In this document: one piece after another, positions 9,389-18,145 of the stretch | How positions within the stretch are numbered: position 1 is the first letter of the stretch | Layout of the letters: every line of letters begins with the position of its first letter | Source of the DNA: an uncultured Chloroflexia bacterium | Lineage (GTDB): Bacteria; Chloroflexota; Ktedonobacteria; Ktedonobacterales; JADMIN01 | NCBI GenBank assembly: GCA_963718915.1 | Contig: CAVRAI010000007.1 | Span: forward strand, 360,001 to 392,000 | Length of the DNA: 32,000 bases | Direction: 5' to 3' | Notes under the pieces: model-generated | The model's input: only the letters and a program-made list of their open reading frames with translations | Database searches by the model: none | Told to the model about the DNA's origin: nothing | Made by a program: the position numbers and the translations under genes

Positions 9389-10582
9389 ATGAAAGGACTG
9401 ATCCTGAGCGGTGGCAAGGGAACGCGCCTGCGTCCGCTGACCTATACGCGCGCCAAGCAGCTTTTGCCGCTCGCGAACAAGCCGGTGCTCTTCTATGCCA
9501 TCGAGTCGCTGGTCGAGGCGGGCATCCATGAGATCGGTATCATCGTCGGAGATACATTCGCCGAGATCGAGGCGGTGGTGCGCGAGGCGCAGCCTGGCTG
9601 GGGCGACGAAGTCCAGATAACCTTCATCCATCAGGACGCGCCGCTGGGGCTGGCGCATGCGGTCAAGACTGCCCAGCCATTTCTCGGCGACGACCGCTTT
9701 GTGATGTTTCTCGGCGACAACCTGATTGGCGAATCGCTTTCCGAGCGGGTGCATGACTTCTCGGCGCCAGACTGCCCCTATACGTGCGACATCCTGCTGA
9801 CCGAGGTCGAAGATCCCAGCCAGTTTGGCATTGCCGAGCTTGAGCCAGCGCCCGTAGCTGTGGCTCATTCCGCTGCGCTGGATGGCGCTAGCGCTCTGGG
9901 AGAGGCGGCAGCCGTCGCGGGCGAACCAGCCGGTGTGGCAGCCCCGCCGCTACGGGTGCGCAGACTGATCGAGAAGCCTGCCCAGCCGCCGAGCAATCTC
10001 GCGCTGGTGGGCGTCTATTTCTTTGAACCCAGTATCTTCACCGCCGCCGACGCCATCAAACCTTCGGCGCGCGGCGAGCTTGAGATTACCGACGCCATTC
10101 AGTGGCTCATCGACCAGGGCCAAGACGTGCGCGCCCAACGGCTCACCGGCTACTGGATCGATACGGGCAAGATGGAGGACATCCTCGACGCCAACCGCCA
10201 GGTCTTGCTGACGATGACCGCCGCGATTGCGCCCACTGCCCGCGTCTCGGAGAATTCCTCGCTCACTGGTATGGTGATCGTGGAGGATGGCGCGGTGATC
10301 GAGAACAGCGTGATTCGTGGGCCGGCGATCATCGGCGCGCGGACGACACTGCGCAACGCCTACGTCGGACCGTTTACGTCGATTTACCACGACGCCGTCA
10401 TCGAAGCCTGTGAGATTGAGTTCAGCATCGTGCTTGAGCATAGTGTCATCAGCGACGTCCGCGGGCGCATTGAAGAAAGTCTGATAGGACGCCACGCCGA
10501 GGTGCATACCTCGACACGCAAGCCGCGCGGACATAAGCTGATGCTCGGCGATCACAGCCGCGTGGGCATTTTGCCCGCGTAG
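9389..10582 (+). CDS. rmlA: glucose-1-phosphate thymidylyltransferase, long form with C-terminal left-handed beta-helix
   Basis: MKGLILSGGKGTRLRPLTYTRAKQLLPLANKPVLFYAIE (G-x-G-T-R-L motif) and YWIDTGK, followed by hexapeptide-like repeats. The ATG at 9389 has GAGGA upstream (ORF track start 9359). It contains an Ala-rich insertion at about 9842-9950. Confidence 0.85.
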   Translation: MKGLILSGGKGTRLRPLTYTRAKQLLPLANKPVLFYAIESLVEAGIHEIGIIVGDTFAEIEAVVREAQPGWGDEVQITFIHQDAPLGLAHAVKTAQPFLGDDRFVMFLGDNLIGESLSERVHDFSAPDCPYTCDILLTEVEDPSQFGIAELEPAPVAVAHSAALDGASALGEAAAVAGEPAGVAAPPLRVRRLIEKPAQPPSNLALVGVYFFEPSIFTAADAIKPSARGELEITDAIQWLIDQGQDVRAQRLTGYWIDTGKMEDILDANRQVLLTMTAAIAPTARVSENSSLTGMVIVEDGAVIENSVIRGPAIIGARTTLRNAYVGPFTSIYHDAVIEACEIEFSIVLEHSVISDVRGRIEESLIGRHAEVHTSTRKPRGHKLMLGDHSRVGILPA

Positions 10583-10586
10583 TAGC

Positions 10587-10749
10587 CTGGCGGCTGAAGC
10601 CGCGGCTAAGGGCGACCTGCGGGTCGCCGCAAAGGCCGCCTGCGCGGCCTCCAGAAGGCGGAAAGCTACGAGAGGTTGTCTGGAGCCTGCGCAGGCAGGC
10701 TTCGCGGACGCGCGAGTGCGCGTCCCCTAGGCGCGGCTTCAGCCGCCAG
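10587..10749. repeat. REP/MITE-like hairpin-dense intergenic element (copy E1) with 18-bp perfect terminal inverted repeats
   Basis: ctggcggctgaagccgcg (10587-10604) is the exact reverse complement of 10732-10749. Four internal hairpins/palindromes: ggcgac-ctgcgg-gtcgcc (10611-28), ggccgc-ctgc-gcggcc (10634-49), gcctgcgcaggc (10685-96) and ggacgcgc-gagt-gcgcgtcc (10706-25). Confidence 0.8.
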
Positions 10750-10798
10750 CCAACATTGCGAACACATATTGCGAACACGTTGAGGAAAGGTTTCTCGG

Positions 10799-11839
10799 AT
10801 GCAGCGCACGATTTTTGTCACCGGCGGCGCCGGATTTATCGGCAGCGGATTTGTCCGCTATCTGCTGGCGACGCAGCCTGATGCACAGGTCGTCGTCTTC
10901 GACAAGTTGACCTATGCGGGCAATCTGGAAAACCTGACACCCGTGAGCGACGATGAACGGTTCCGTTTCGTGCGCGGCGATATCTGCGACGCGGATGCGG
11001 TGCGCGCGGCGATGAAGGGCTGCGACGCGGTAGTCAATTTTGCCGCCGAGACCCATGTAGATCGCTCGATCATCGAACCCGGCGCATTCGTCAAGACTGA
11101 TGTTGAGGGAACGTACACGCTGCTCGAAGCGGCGCGTGAGGCGGGTATCGAGCGCTTTATCCAGATCAGTACCGACGAGGTCTATGGCAACGCCGAGGCG
11201 CCTGATGGCGCGAGCCGCCCGTCGCTCGAAACCGACGCGCTCAAGCCGCTCTCGCCCTATGCAGCCAGCAAAGCGGGAGCCGACCGGCTGGCCTTCTCCT
11301 ATTGGGCGACCTATGGCTTGCCGGTCGTCGTGACCCGCTGCTCGAACAACTACGGCCCGTACCAGTATCCTGAGAAGCAGCTACCGCTGTTCATCACCAA
11401 CGCGCTGGCCGACCGCCAGTTGCCCGTCTATGGCGACGGGCGCAACACGCGTGACTGGATCCATGTGGACGACCACTGTTCGGCGCTCGTCACGATCCTC
11501 GACGCGCCCGCTGAGCAGGTGGTGGGCGAGGTCTTCAATGTTGGCGCGGATGAGGAGCGCAGCATTCTGCAGAACGCGGCGACGGTGCTGGCGACGCTGG
11601 GCAAGCCGGAGAGCATGATGACCTTCGTACCGGATCGCCTCGGCCATGTGCGCCGTCACGCCGTCAACTCGGGCAAGCTGCGCGCGCGGCTCGGCTGGGC
11701 GCCAGGGGTGACCTTCGAGGACGGCATCGCGCAGGCCATCGCGTGGTACCGTGACAATACCGCCTGGCTCGAGAATCTGCTGGCCCGGCAGGATAGCTTC
11801 CTCGATAAGGCGCTGACGCTGGCCACGAGCGAGTCGTAG
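10799..11839 (+). CDS. rmlB: dTDP-glucose 4,6-dehydratase
   Basis: TGGAGFIGS Rossmann motif, the catalytic YAASKAGAD (YxxxK) motif, and typical length (346 aa). Confidence 0.9.
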   Translation: MQRTIFVTGGAGFIGSGFVRYLLATQPDAQVVVFDKLTYAGNLENLTPVSDDERFRFVRGDICDADAVRAAMKGCDAVVNFAAETHVDRSIIEPGAFVKTDVEGTYTLLEAAREAGIERFIQISTDEVYGNAEAPDGASRPSLETDALKPLSPYAASKAGADRLAFSYWATYGLPVVVTRCSNNYGPYQYPEKQLPLFITNALADRQLPVYGDGRNTRDWIHVDDHCSALVTILDAPAEQVVGEVFNVGADEERSILQNAATVLATLGKPESMMTFVPDRLGHVRRHAVNSGKLRARLGWAPGVTFEDGIAQAIAWYRDNTAWLENLLARQDSFLDKALTLATSES

Positions 11840-11847
11840 GCCGTCCG

Positions 11848-12768
11848 ATGACCACACTGTGGATTACCGGCGCTGGCGGTGTCGTCGGAGGCAAACTGGT
11901 GGAGCAGGCGGCAGCTGGTGGGCGCTATGACCGCATCCGCGCGCTGAGCCATGCGCCCGCGCCCGAGCTCGCCGCGCGCTATCCCGACGTCGAATGGGCC
12001 GAGCTCGATCTGGGCGACCGTGATGCCGTGCGGGAACAGGCACGGCTGGCCCCGCCTGATGTTGTCATCAATCCCGCCGCGATGACCAACGTGGACGCCT
12101 GCGAGTCCCGCCGTGACGAGGCTCGTCGCGCGAACGTGGATGGGCCGCGTTGGCTGGCTGAGGTCTGCCGCGACCGTGGCGCGCGCTTGCTCCACGTCTC
12201 CACCGACTATGTCTTCCCCGGCGACGATGCCCAGCCGGGACCCTATGCCGAAGATGGCGCGCCGCGTGCGATCAGCTACTATGGTCAGACCAAGCTCGAC
12301 GGCGAACGGGCGATCATGGCGGTCTGCGGGAGTGACGCGCCCTATACGATTGTGCGGACGGCGCTGGTCTATGGCGTGGGGCGCCGCGCCAACTTCGTCA
12401 CCTGGCTGGCGGGCGAGCTTCGCGCCGGGCGACGGGTGCGTATCGTCCGCGACCAGTTCAACACCCCCACCATCGCTGATGATCTGGCCGCCGTGCTGCT
12501 CTGGCTGGCGGCGCATGAGGGGACTGGCGTCTATCACGCCGCCGGGGCTGATCTGGTCGGGCGGCATGAGTGGGCGCTGGCGATTGCGAATCACTTCCAC
12601 CTCGACACCAGCTTGATCGACTGGGTATCATCCGCCGAGTTGGCGCAGCCCGCTCCACGTCCCCTGCGGAGTGGCCTCACCTGCGCGCGGCTGTTGGCCG
12701 AGCCGGACGCTCCCCGTCTGCGTGGCATCGCGCGTGGCCTCTCCGAAATCGATTGGCTGGCGCAATAG
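11848..12768 (+). CDS. rmlD: dTDP-4-dehydrorhamnose reductase
   Basis: ITGAGGVVG N-terminus, STDYVFPG, YGQTKLDGE (YxxxK). It starts 8 nt after the rmlB stop. Confidence 0.85.
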   Translation: MTTLWITGAGGVVGGKLVEQAAAGGRYDRIRALSHAPAPELAARYPDVEWAELDLGDRDAVREQARLAPPDVVINPAAMTNVDACESRRDEARRANVDGPRWLAEVCRDRGARLLHVSTDYVFPGDDAQPGPYAEDGAPRAISYYGQTKLDGERAIMAVCGSDAPYTIVRTALVYGVGRRANFVTWLAGELRAGRRVRIVRDQFNTPTIADDLAAVLLWLAAHEGTGVYHAAGADLVGRHEWALAIANHFHLDTSLIDWVSSAELAQPAPRPLRSGLTCARLLAEPDAPRLRGIARGLSEIDWLAQ

Positions 12769-12787
12769 ACTCTGGGCGCGGCATCGG

Positions 12788-12950
12788 CTGGCGGTTAAAA
12801 CCGCGCCTGAAGGGCCTCGCTGGCGCTCGGCCACAAAGCCTGCCTGCGCAGGCTCCAAAGCGCACATTGTGTGGAAGCGCATCTGGCAGGCCGAGCAGGC
12901 GGCCTTTGCCGTCGCAGGAATTAGGCGCGGCTCAGGAATTAGGCGCGGCT
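12788..12950. repeat. REP/MITE-like element copy E2 (same family as E1, opposite orientation) ending in an 18-bp tandem duplication
   Basis: It starts ctggcggttaaaaccgcgcctgaaggg. The reverse complement of E1 reads ctggcggctgaagccgcgcctagggg. A shared block ggagcctgcgcaggcaggctt matches 23 of 25 positions in inverted orientation, as does aaaggccgcctgc. caggaattaggcgcggct is repeated exactly at 12915-12932 and 12933-12950. Confidence 0.75.
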
Positions 12951-12956
12951 TATGAA

Positions 12957-13116
12957 CGTATTAGCATGACCCCGTCCATTGGGTGCTAGGCTGGGCGTGC
13001 CGGAGCCTGAAGGTCCCGGTAAATGGGCCAGAGAGGCCGGGAAATTCGCCGTAGCGTTCACGCTACGGCTTGCTCACCCCACCACAACGCCCGTATCCGT
13101 TGCGAATGCTAATACG
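12957..13116. repeat. MITE-like unit bounded by an 11-bp inverted repeat, containing repeat copy A (12999-13100)
   Basis: cgtattagcat (12957-12967) is the reverse complement of atgctaatacg (13106-13116). ATGAAC lies just outside both ends (12952-57, 13119-24). The interior shares a 32-nt identical block with 22465-22570, including the hairpin ccgtagcg-ttca-cgctacgg. Confidence 0.6.
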
Positions 13117-13229
13117 ACATGAACCGCCAGCCGTCGTATCGCTCATACCATCACCCATCATCTTCCCGTAGACGGGTATACTCTGCTGTGTGAGTGGCCT
13201 GCGAGACGGGAAAGTGCTGAGGTGATGCC

Positions 13230-14201
13230 ATGAGCATGGGAACAGAGGCGACGATTCGCGTGCTTTTCATGGGTACGCCCGACTTCGCGGTACCATCACT
13301 CCGGGCGCTGATGGCGCAGGCCAACGCTGGCCTTGCGGTAGCTGGAGTAGTTACCCGGCCCGATAAGCCTGTTGGACGCAAACAGCAGGTCATCTTCTCG
13401 CCAGTCAAGCAGTTCGCGCTGGAGCTGGGCATTCCCGTCTATCAGCCTGGGCCGCTGCGCCGCCCAGAGGCGCTGGCGCTCCTGCGCGACCTCGCGCCTG
13501 ACCTGATCGTCGTCGCCGCCTTCGGTCAGATTCTGCCATCGGAGGTACTTGAGCTGCCTCTGCACGGTTGCCTGAACGTTCATGCCTCGCTGCTGCCCCG
13601 CTGGCGTGGCGCCTCGCCGATCAACGCGGCCATCCTGGCGGGCGATGCCGAGACCGGTGTGACCATCATGCAGATGGACGCCGGGCTGGATACCGGGCCA
13701 GCGCTCGCACGCCGCGCCACACCCATCGGCCCCGATGAGACAGCGGGCGAGTTGAGCGATCGGTTGGCGCTGCTGGGCGCGGAATTGCTGGTGGAGACCG
13801 TGCCGCGCTGGCTGGCGGGAGTGGTCACACCAGAGCTACAGGACGAGTCGCAGGCGACGGTCACACGGCTGCTGCAGAAGAGCGACGGGCGGCTCGACTG
13901 GCAGCGCCCGGCGGCTGAATCGGCGCGGCAGGTGCGGGCGTATACGCCGTGGCCGGGAGCCTTCACCACCTGGGAGGGGCATACGCTCAAGGTTCTGCGC
14001 GCCTCGGTGATATCCACCTCCAGGGTTGATGTGCCGCCGGGCGTCTGTTTCGCTCCTGATGGCGAGGCGACGCTGGCAGTGGCCTGTGGGCAAGGGGCGC
14101 TCGCGCTGGAGGTGATACAATTGGAGGGCAAGCGCGCCATGACCACCGCCGAGGTGGTGCGCGGCCATCCGTCGCTTCTCAACGCGCGCCTGGGTGGTTA
14201 G
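13230..14201 (+). CDS. fmt: methionyl-tRNA formyltransferase
   Basis: IRVLFMGTPDFAVPSLRAL, VVTRPDKPVGRKQQVIFSPVK, NVHASLLPRWRGASPI (HxSLLPxxRG motif). GAGGTGA lies 5 nt upstream of the ATG. Confidence 0.9.
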   Translation: MSMGTEATIRVLFMGTPDFAVPSLRALMAQANAGLAVAGVVTRPDKPVGRKQQVIFSPVKQFALELGIPVYQPGPLRRPEALALLRDLAPDLIVVAAFGQILPSEVLELPLHGCLNVHASLLPRWRGASPINAAILAGDAETGVTIMQMDAGLDTGPALARRATPIGPDETAGELSDRLALLGAELLVETVPRWLAGVVTPELQDESQATVTRLLQKSDGRLDWQRPAAESARQVRAYTPWPGAFTTWEGHTLKVLRASVISTSRVDVPPGVCFAPDGEATLAVACGQGALALEVIQLEGKRAMTTAEVVRGHPSLLNARLGG

Positions 14202-14247
14202 CTGACGATTCGGTGCGATAAGCACCGCTCACGCTGGCCAACGTTCG

Positions 14248-14340
14248 CTGGCGACTAAAGTCGCGCCTATATGGCCTGCGGCCACCAAGTCCGCCGGCGC
14301 GGACTTCCCAGACGCCGCCCGCATGAAGGCCACGGCTGGC
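14248..14340. repeat. REP-like element copy E3 (diverged member of the E1/E2 family)
   Basis: It starts ctggcgactaaagtcgcgcctatatgg, which has the same hairpin + CCTA..GG architecture as the E1/E2 ends. Internal hairpins: ggcc-tgc-ggcc and aagtccgc-cggc-gcggactt. It lies in the fmt-rlmN spacer. Confidence 0.55.
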
Positions 14341-14423
14341 AACGTGTGGCCCGCTAGCGATTGTCAGTAGTCCTCACCCGGTTCGTATATCCGTGGCAGA
14401 AATGAATGGTTCATTAAACAGCG

Positions 14424-15611
14424 ATGACTTCTCTCCCGACGACAGACAATACAACACCTGATGCTGTGGTCCCTGCCTGCACCGACCTGCTCGGCCTCAA
14501 CGTTGCCGAGTTGGCCGCGTGGCTGACAGAGCGCGGCCAGCCAGCATTTCGCGCGAAGCAACTGGCGGGCTGGATCTATACCTCGCTCGTCCCTGATTTC
14601 GCCGCCATGCGCAACCTTCCCGTGGCGCTACGCGAGCAGCTCGAACGCGAGGCGAGCATTGCGGGGCCACAGGTGCGCGCTGAGGTCAAGGCGAAGGACG
14701 GACGGACGCGCAAACTGCTGTTGGAGCTTGCCGATGGGCGATTGATCGAGACCGTGCTTATGCTCTATCCGGCCACTGGCGAGAGTCGGGCGCGGGCGAC
14801 GGTCTGTGTCTCCACCCAGGCGGGCTGCGCCTATGGCTGCACCTTCTGCGCGACGGGACAGATGGGCTTCGACCGCCATCTGACGGCGGGCGAGATCGTG
14901 GCGCAGGTGCTCTTCTTCGCCCGCGAGCTACGCGCCCAGCCGTGGGTCGCGCCCGATGGTGAGACGATTGACCGTGTGAGCAATCTCGTCTTCATGGGCA
15001 TGGGCGAGCCGTTCCACAACTACGACAACACGCTGCGGGCGGTGCGCATCCTCAATATGCCGGAGGGACTGAACATCGGCGCGCGCCACATGACCATCTC
15101 GACGGTCGGCCTCGTGCCGGGCATTTTGCGGCTGGCCGAGGAGCCGCTTCAAGTCAATCTGGCAATCTCACTTCACGCGCCCAACGATGAGATGCGGCTG
15201 AAGACGATGCCGGTGACGCGCAAATACCCGATTGCGCAGGTGCTCGACGCCTGCCGCGAATATGTCGCGCGCACCAATCGGCAGGTGACCTTCGAGTACG
15301 TGCTACTGGCGGGTGTCAACGACGCGCCGGAACACGCGCGCGAACTGGCGACGCTGCTCTCGCCGCTGCGCCACCTCTGCCACGTCAACCTCATCCCGGT
15401 CAACAAGACCGCCGCCAGCTATGCGGTGCCGTCGGGCGAGGCGATCCGCGCCTTCCGCGAGACACTCCGTGCGGGCGGCGTCAGCAATAGCGTTCGCGCC
15501 GAGCGTGGCGACGACATCGCCGCCGCCTGTGGCCAGCTCAGCACCCACGAGCGCCGCAAACAGGCCAATGCGGCTGGTAGAGCGCCTGATTCGGCTCCTG
15601 ACATGGCCTGA
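14424..15611 (+). CDS. rlmN: 23S rRNA/tRNA adenine-C2 methyltransferase RlmN (radical SAM)
   Basis: FRAKQLAGWIY N-terminal motif and the radical-SAM cluster CVSTQAGCAYGCTFCATGQMG. Conserved GMGEP, and a C-terminal CGQL Cys. Confidence 0.9.
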   Translation: MTSLPTTDNTTPDAVVPACTDLLGLNVAELAAWLTERGQPAFRAKQLAGWIYTSLVPDFAAMRNLPVALREQLEREASIAGPQVRAEVKAKDGRTRKLLLELADGRLIETVLMLYPATGESRARATVCVSTQAGCAYGCTFCATGQMGFDRHLTAGEIVAQVLFFARELRAQPWVAPDGETIDRVSNLVFMGMGEPFHNYDNTLRAVRILNMPEGLNIGARHMTISTVGLVPGILRLAEEPLQVNLAISLHAPNDEMRLKTMPVTRKYPIAQVLDACREYVARTNRQVTFEYVLLAGVNDAPEHARELATLLSPLRHLCHVNLIPVNKTAASYAVPSGEAIRAFRETLRAGGVSNSVRAERGDDIAAACGQLSTHERRKQANAAGRAPDSAPDMA

Positions 15612-15685
15612 CACCATTCGTACAGTGCCATGCGTAACCGGCCTGCGTAAAAACACTTGACAGCGCACGTATGATTAATGTAAGC

Positions 15686-15713
15686 CGTTCATTCACGGAA
15701 AGGTGAATGAACG
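15686..15713. other. perfect 11-bp-stem hairpin / palindrome downstream of rlmN
   Basis: cgttcattcac-ggaaag-gtgaatgaacg read directly. No adjacent T-run, so it may be a terminator-like structure or a protein-binding palindrome. Confidence 0.6.
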
Positions 15714-16122
15714 CCTACTCCTGCATTTTCCTTCACGTCAGGCTGGTTTAGGTGGATGGGTTGGTCAGGGTGGAGTGCAACCAGTTTTCCTCAGTTTCAG
15801 CACGGCCTCGAAACACAAAAACGTCAATTACCAATGGCAAAAGTTTGCCAGGTGGTGTGGGTACGCCTTTTCCGTGATGTCTTCAGAACATGCCGTGACA
15901 TGTTCTGTGACATAGGAGCATCTTTGCTCATTCCAGGTTGACATTGGGTGTGAAGAGATGGGTGGAAGACCTTAGAGAGGGGAAGTAGAGAGCGAAGGAT
16001 GGAATGCTGCTTTCGCTGGATGAAGGAGAACGTCGGCCCCGACGCAAAATATCCACGCGAAAGTGAACGCATGATGATTCCCAACCGACATTGTACAGTG
16101 ACAGATTGCGAAGGGAAACGGA

Positions 16123-17951
16123 ATGCACGTTACGACGAAACACCTCGCGCGCCTCGCGGTGACGTTCCTCGCAGTTACCGGAATTGCCACGACCGCCTTT
16201 GTGCTGAATCCGGTCTCGGTTCACGCGGCTTCAGGCAGCACACAGCAGACCTCAATGCAGAACCTCTCCCTGACCGGAACTGGCCGCATCAGTGGCGGCG
16301 TCACCAGCCTGGTTGGCGATGGCCCACACGACGCGACACCAGCGGATGATGACCGCGATCAACATACCGGCGCCGTCTACGCCGACGCGCCGACCGTCTC
16401 GCCTGATCCCACATCGAATCCTGTGACGAGCAGCAATCCCGGCGCCTCTGGCTTCACGGGTCTCAATCACGTAGACACACGCTCACAGGATGGCGGCAAC
16501 GCCTTCAGCCTGGAGCCGCCGGATCAGGGTATGTGTGTGGGTAACGGATTCGTGGTTGAGACAGTCAACGATGTCATCGTGGTCTTCAACCAGTCCGGCC
16601 AGCGCATCTCTCCCACCTCCTCGATGAACAGCTTCTTTGGCCTGCCAGTCGCGATTAACCGCACCACTGGCGAGCGAGGCCCATTCTTGAGCGATCCGAA
16701 GTGCCTCTATGACGCCGGAACGAACCGCTTCTTCCTGACGGAATCTCGAAGAAGATCCCGCTCCGTCCGTGCGTGCGCACACGCTCATCGCGGTCAGCCA
16801 GACGAGTGATCCAAGGGGGCACGTGGTTCCTCTACTCCATTGACGCCACCGACGATGGCCTGAATGGCACACCCAGCAACCCTGATTGCCCATGCTTCGG
16901 CGATCAGCCGCTGATCGGCGCGAACGACGACGGCTTCTTCATCTCGACCAATGAGTTCCCAAGCTTCGTTGGCGGATTCAATGGCGCGCAGGTCTATGCG
17001 ATGTCGAAGTCAGGTCTGATCAGTGGCGTGACCGAGAAGGTTGTTCACATCAACGCGGGAACTATCCCAACGCCTGACGCCGGCGGCATCTGGTATTCGA
17101 TCCAGCCTGCCACGACGCCTCCTGGCTCCCCAACTGGTAAGGGGCAACTGAAGAACACCGAGTTCTTCTTAAGTGCCCTCCAGTTCGGGCCAGCGCCGCT
17201 TGACAATCGTATCGCGGTTTGGTCGCTCTTCAACACCAGCGCGCTGAAGAGTGGCAATCCGTCAGCGGTCACACTTGCGCACACGGTTATTTCGTCCGAG
17301 ACCTACGGACAGCCCGGCAACGCGCCCCAGAAGGCTGGCCCATTCCCACAGGGGCAGTTGCTTGGTGAGCCTGAGAATCAGCTTGCTGGCAACGATGACC
17401 GCATGAACCAGGTCGTCTATGCCAATGGCATGCTGTGGTCTGGTGTCAACACAGTCATCGGCGACGGCAGCCAGGTAGGCATCGCCTACTTTATCGTCAG
17501 TCCACAGCTGAACGGGCACAACCTCTCAGCCACCATGGCGAAGCAGGGCTATGTCACCGTGGCGAACAACAGTGTGCTGTTCCCCTCGATTGGCGTGAAC
17601 CCCGCTGGTAAGGGTGTGATGTCCTTCACCGTCTCTGGCCCGGATTACTATCCGAGCGCTGCCTATGTGGCGGTGGATGCGACTCATGGCGCGGGCGCTG
17701 TCCACATCTCAGGCGCTGGTGTCGGACCAGCCGATGGCTTCACCGGCTATCCAGAGTTTGGCGGGGGCGGTGTCGAGCGCTGGGGCGACTATTCCGCCGC
17801 CGTGGCGGGCCAGGATGGCTCGATCTGGCTGGCGACCGAGTACATTGCTCAGTCCTGCACAGTGGCGCAATACAGTGTGGATCCGACCTGTGGCGGCACA
17901 CGCACGTCGCTCGCCAACTGGAGCACCTTCATCACCCACGTGACCCCATAG
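16123..17951 (+). pseudogene. secreted protein of unknown function, reading frame interrupted around 16735-16820
   Basis: Signal peptide MHVTTKHLARLAVTFLAVTGIATTAFVLNPVSVHA|AS. ORF 16123..16809 and ORF 16773..17951 are clearly one protein (...DAGTNRFFLT // ...GTWFLYSIDATDDGLNGTP...). The third frame between them reads NLEEDPAPSVRAHTLIAVSQTSDPRG. Confidence 0.6.
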
Positions 17952-18009
17952 AATCGCTCAAGATTCCAAAGGGCATGTGATTTCTGTCTCTCGCAATGGC
18001 GAGAACCGA

Positions 18010-18049
18010 GCGGGGTGGATGATCTCTCATCTGCCCCGCCTGTCATTTT
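18010..18049 (+). terminator. candidate intrinsic terminator of the secreted-protein gene
   Basis: gcgggg(tg)gatga-tctc-tcatc(tg)ccccgc hairpin, then ctgtcatttt. Confidence 0.4.
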
Positions 18050-18070
18050 CCGCAAATACGAGATTGCCGC

Positions 18071-18116
18071 ACAAAAGAGACACAAATAGCCGCTCCTCCC
18101 ACCTGGGGAGAGCGGC
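18071..18116 (-). terminator. candidate intrinsic terminator of rpmB
   Basis: The minus strand reads gccgctctcccc-aggt-gggaggagcggc (12-bp stem with one mismatch) followed by tatttgtgtctcttttgt, 30 nt after the rpmB stop. Confidence 0.5.
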
Positions 18117-18145
18117 ATCGTGTGGTGAAACCTCGGCCTGCGGGC

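Noticed and set aside
10587-14340. CRISPR array as an explanation for the recurring intergenic repeats
   Set aside because: The copies are 90-165 bp long, kilobases apart, separated by housekeeping genes and in mixed orientation. There are no regularly spaced short repeats or spacers and no cas genes.
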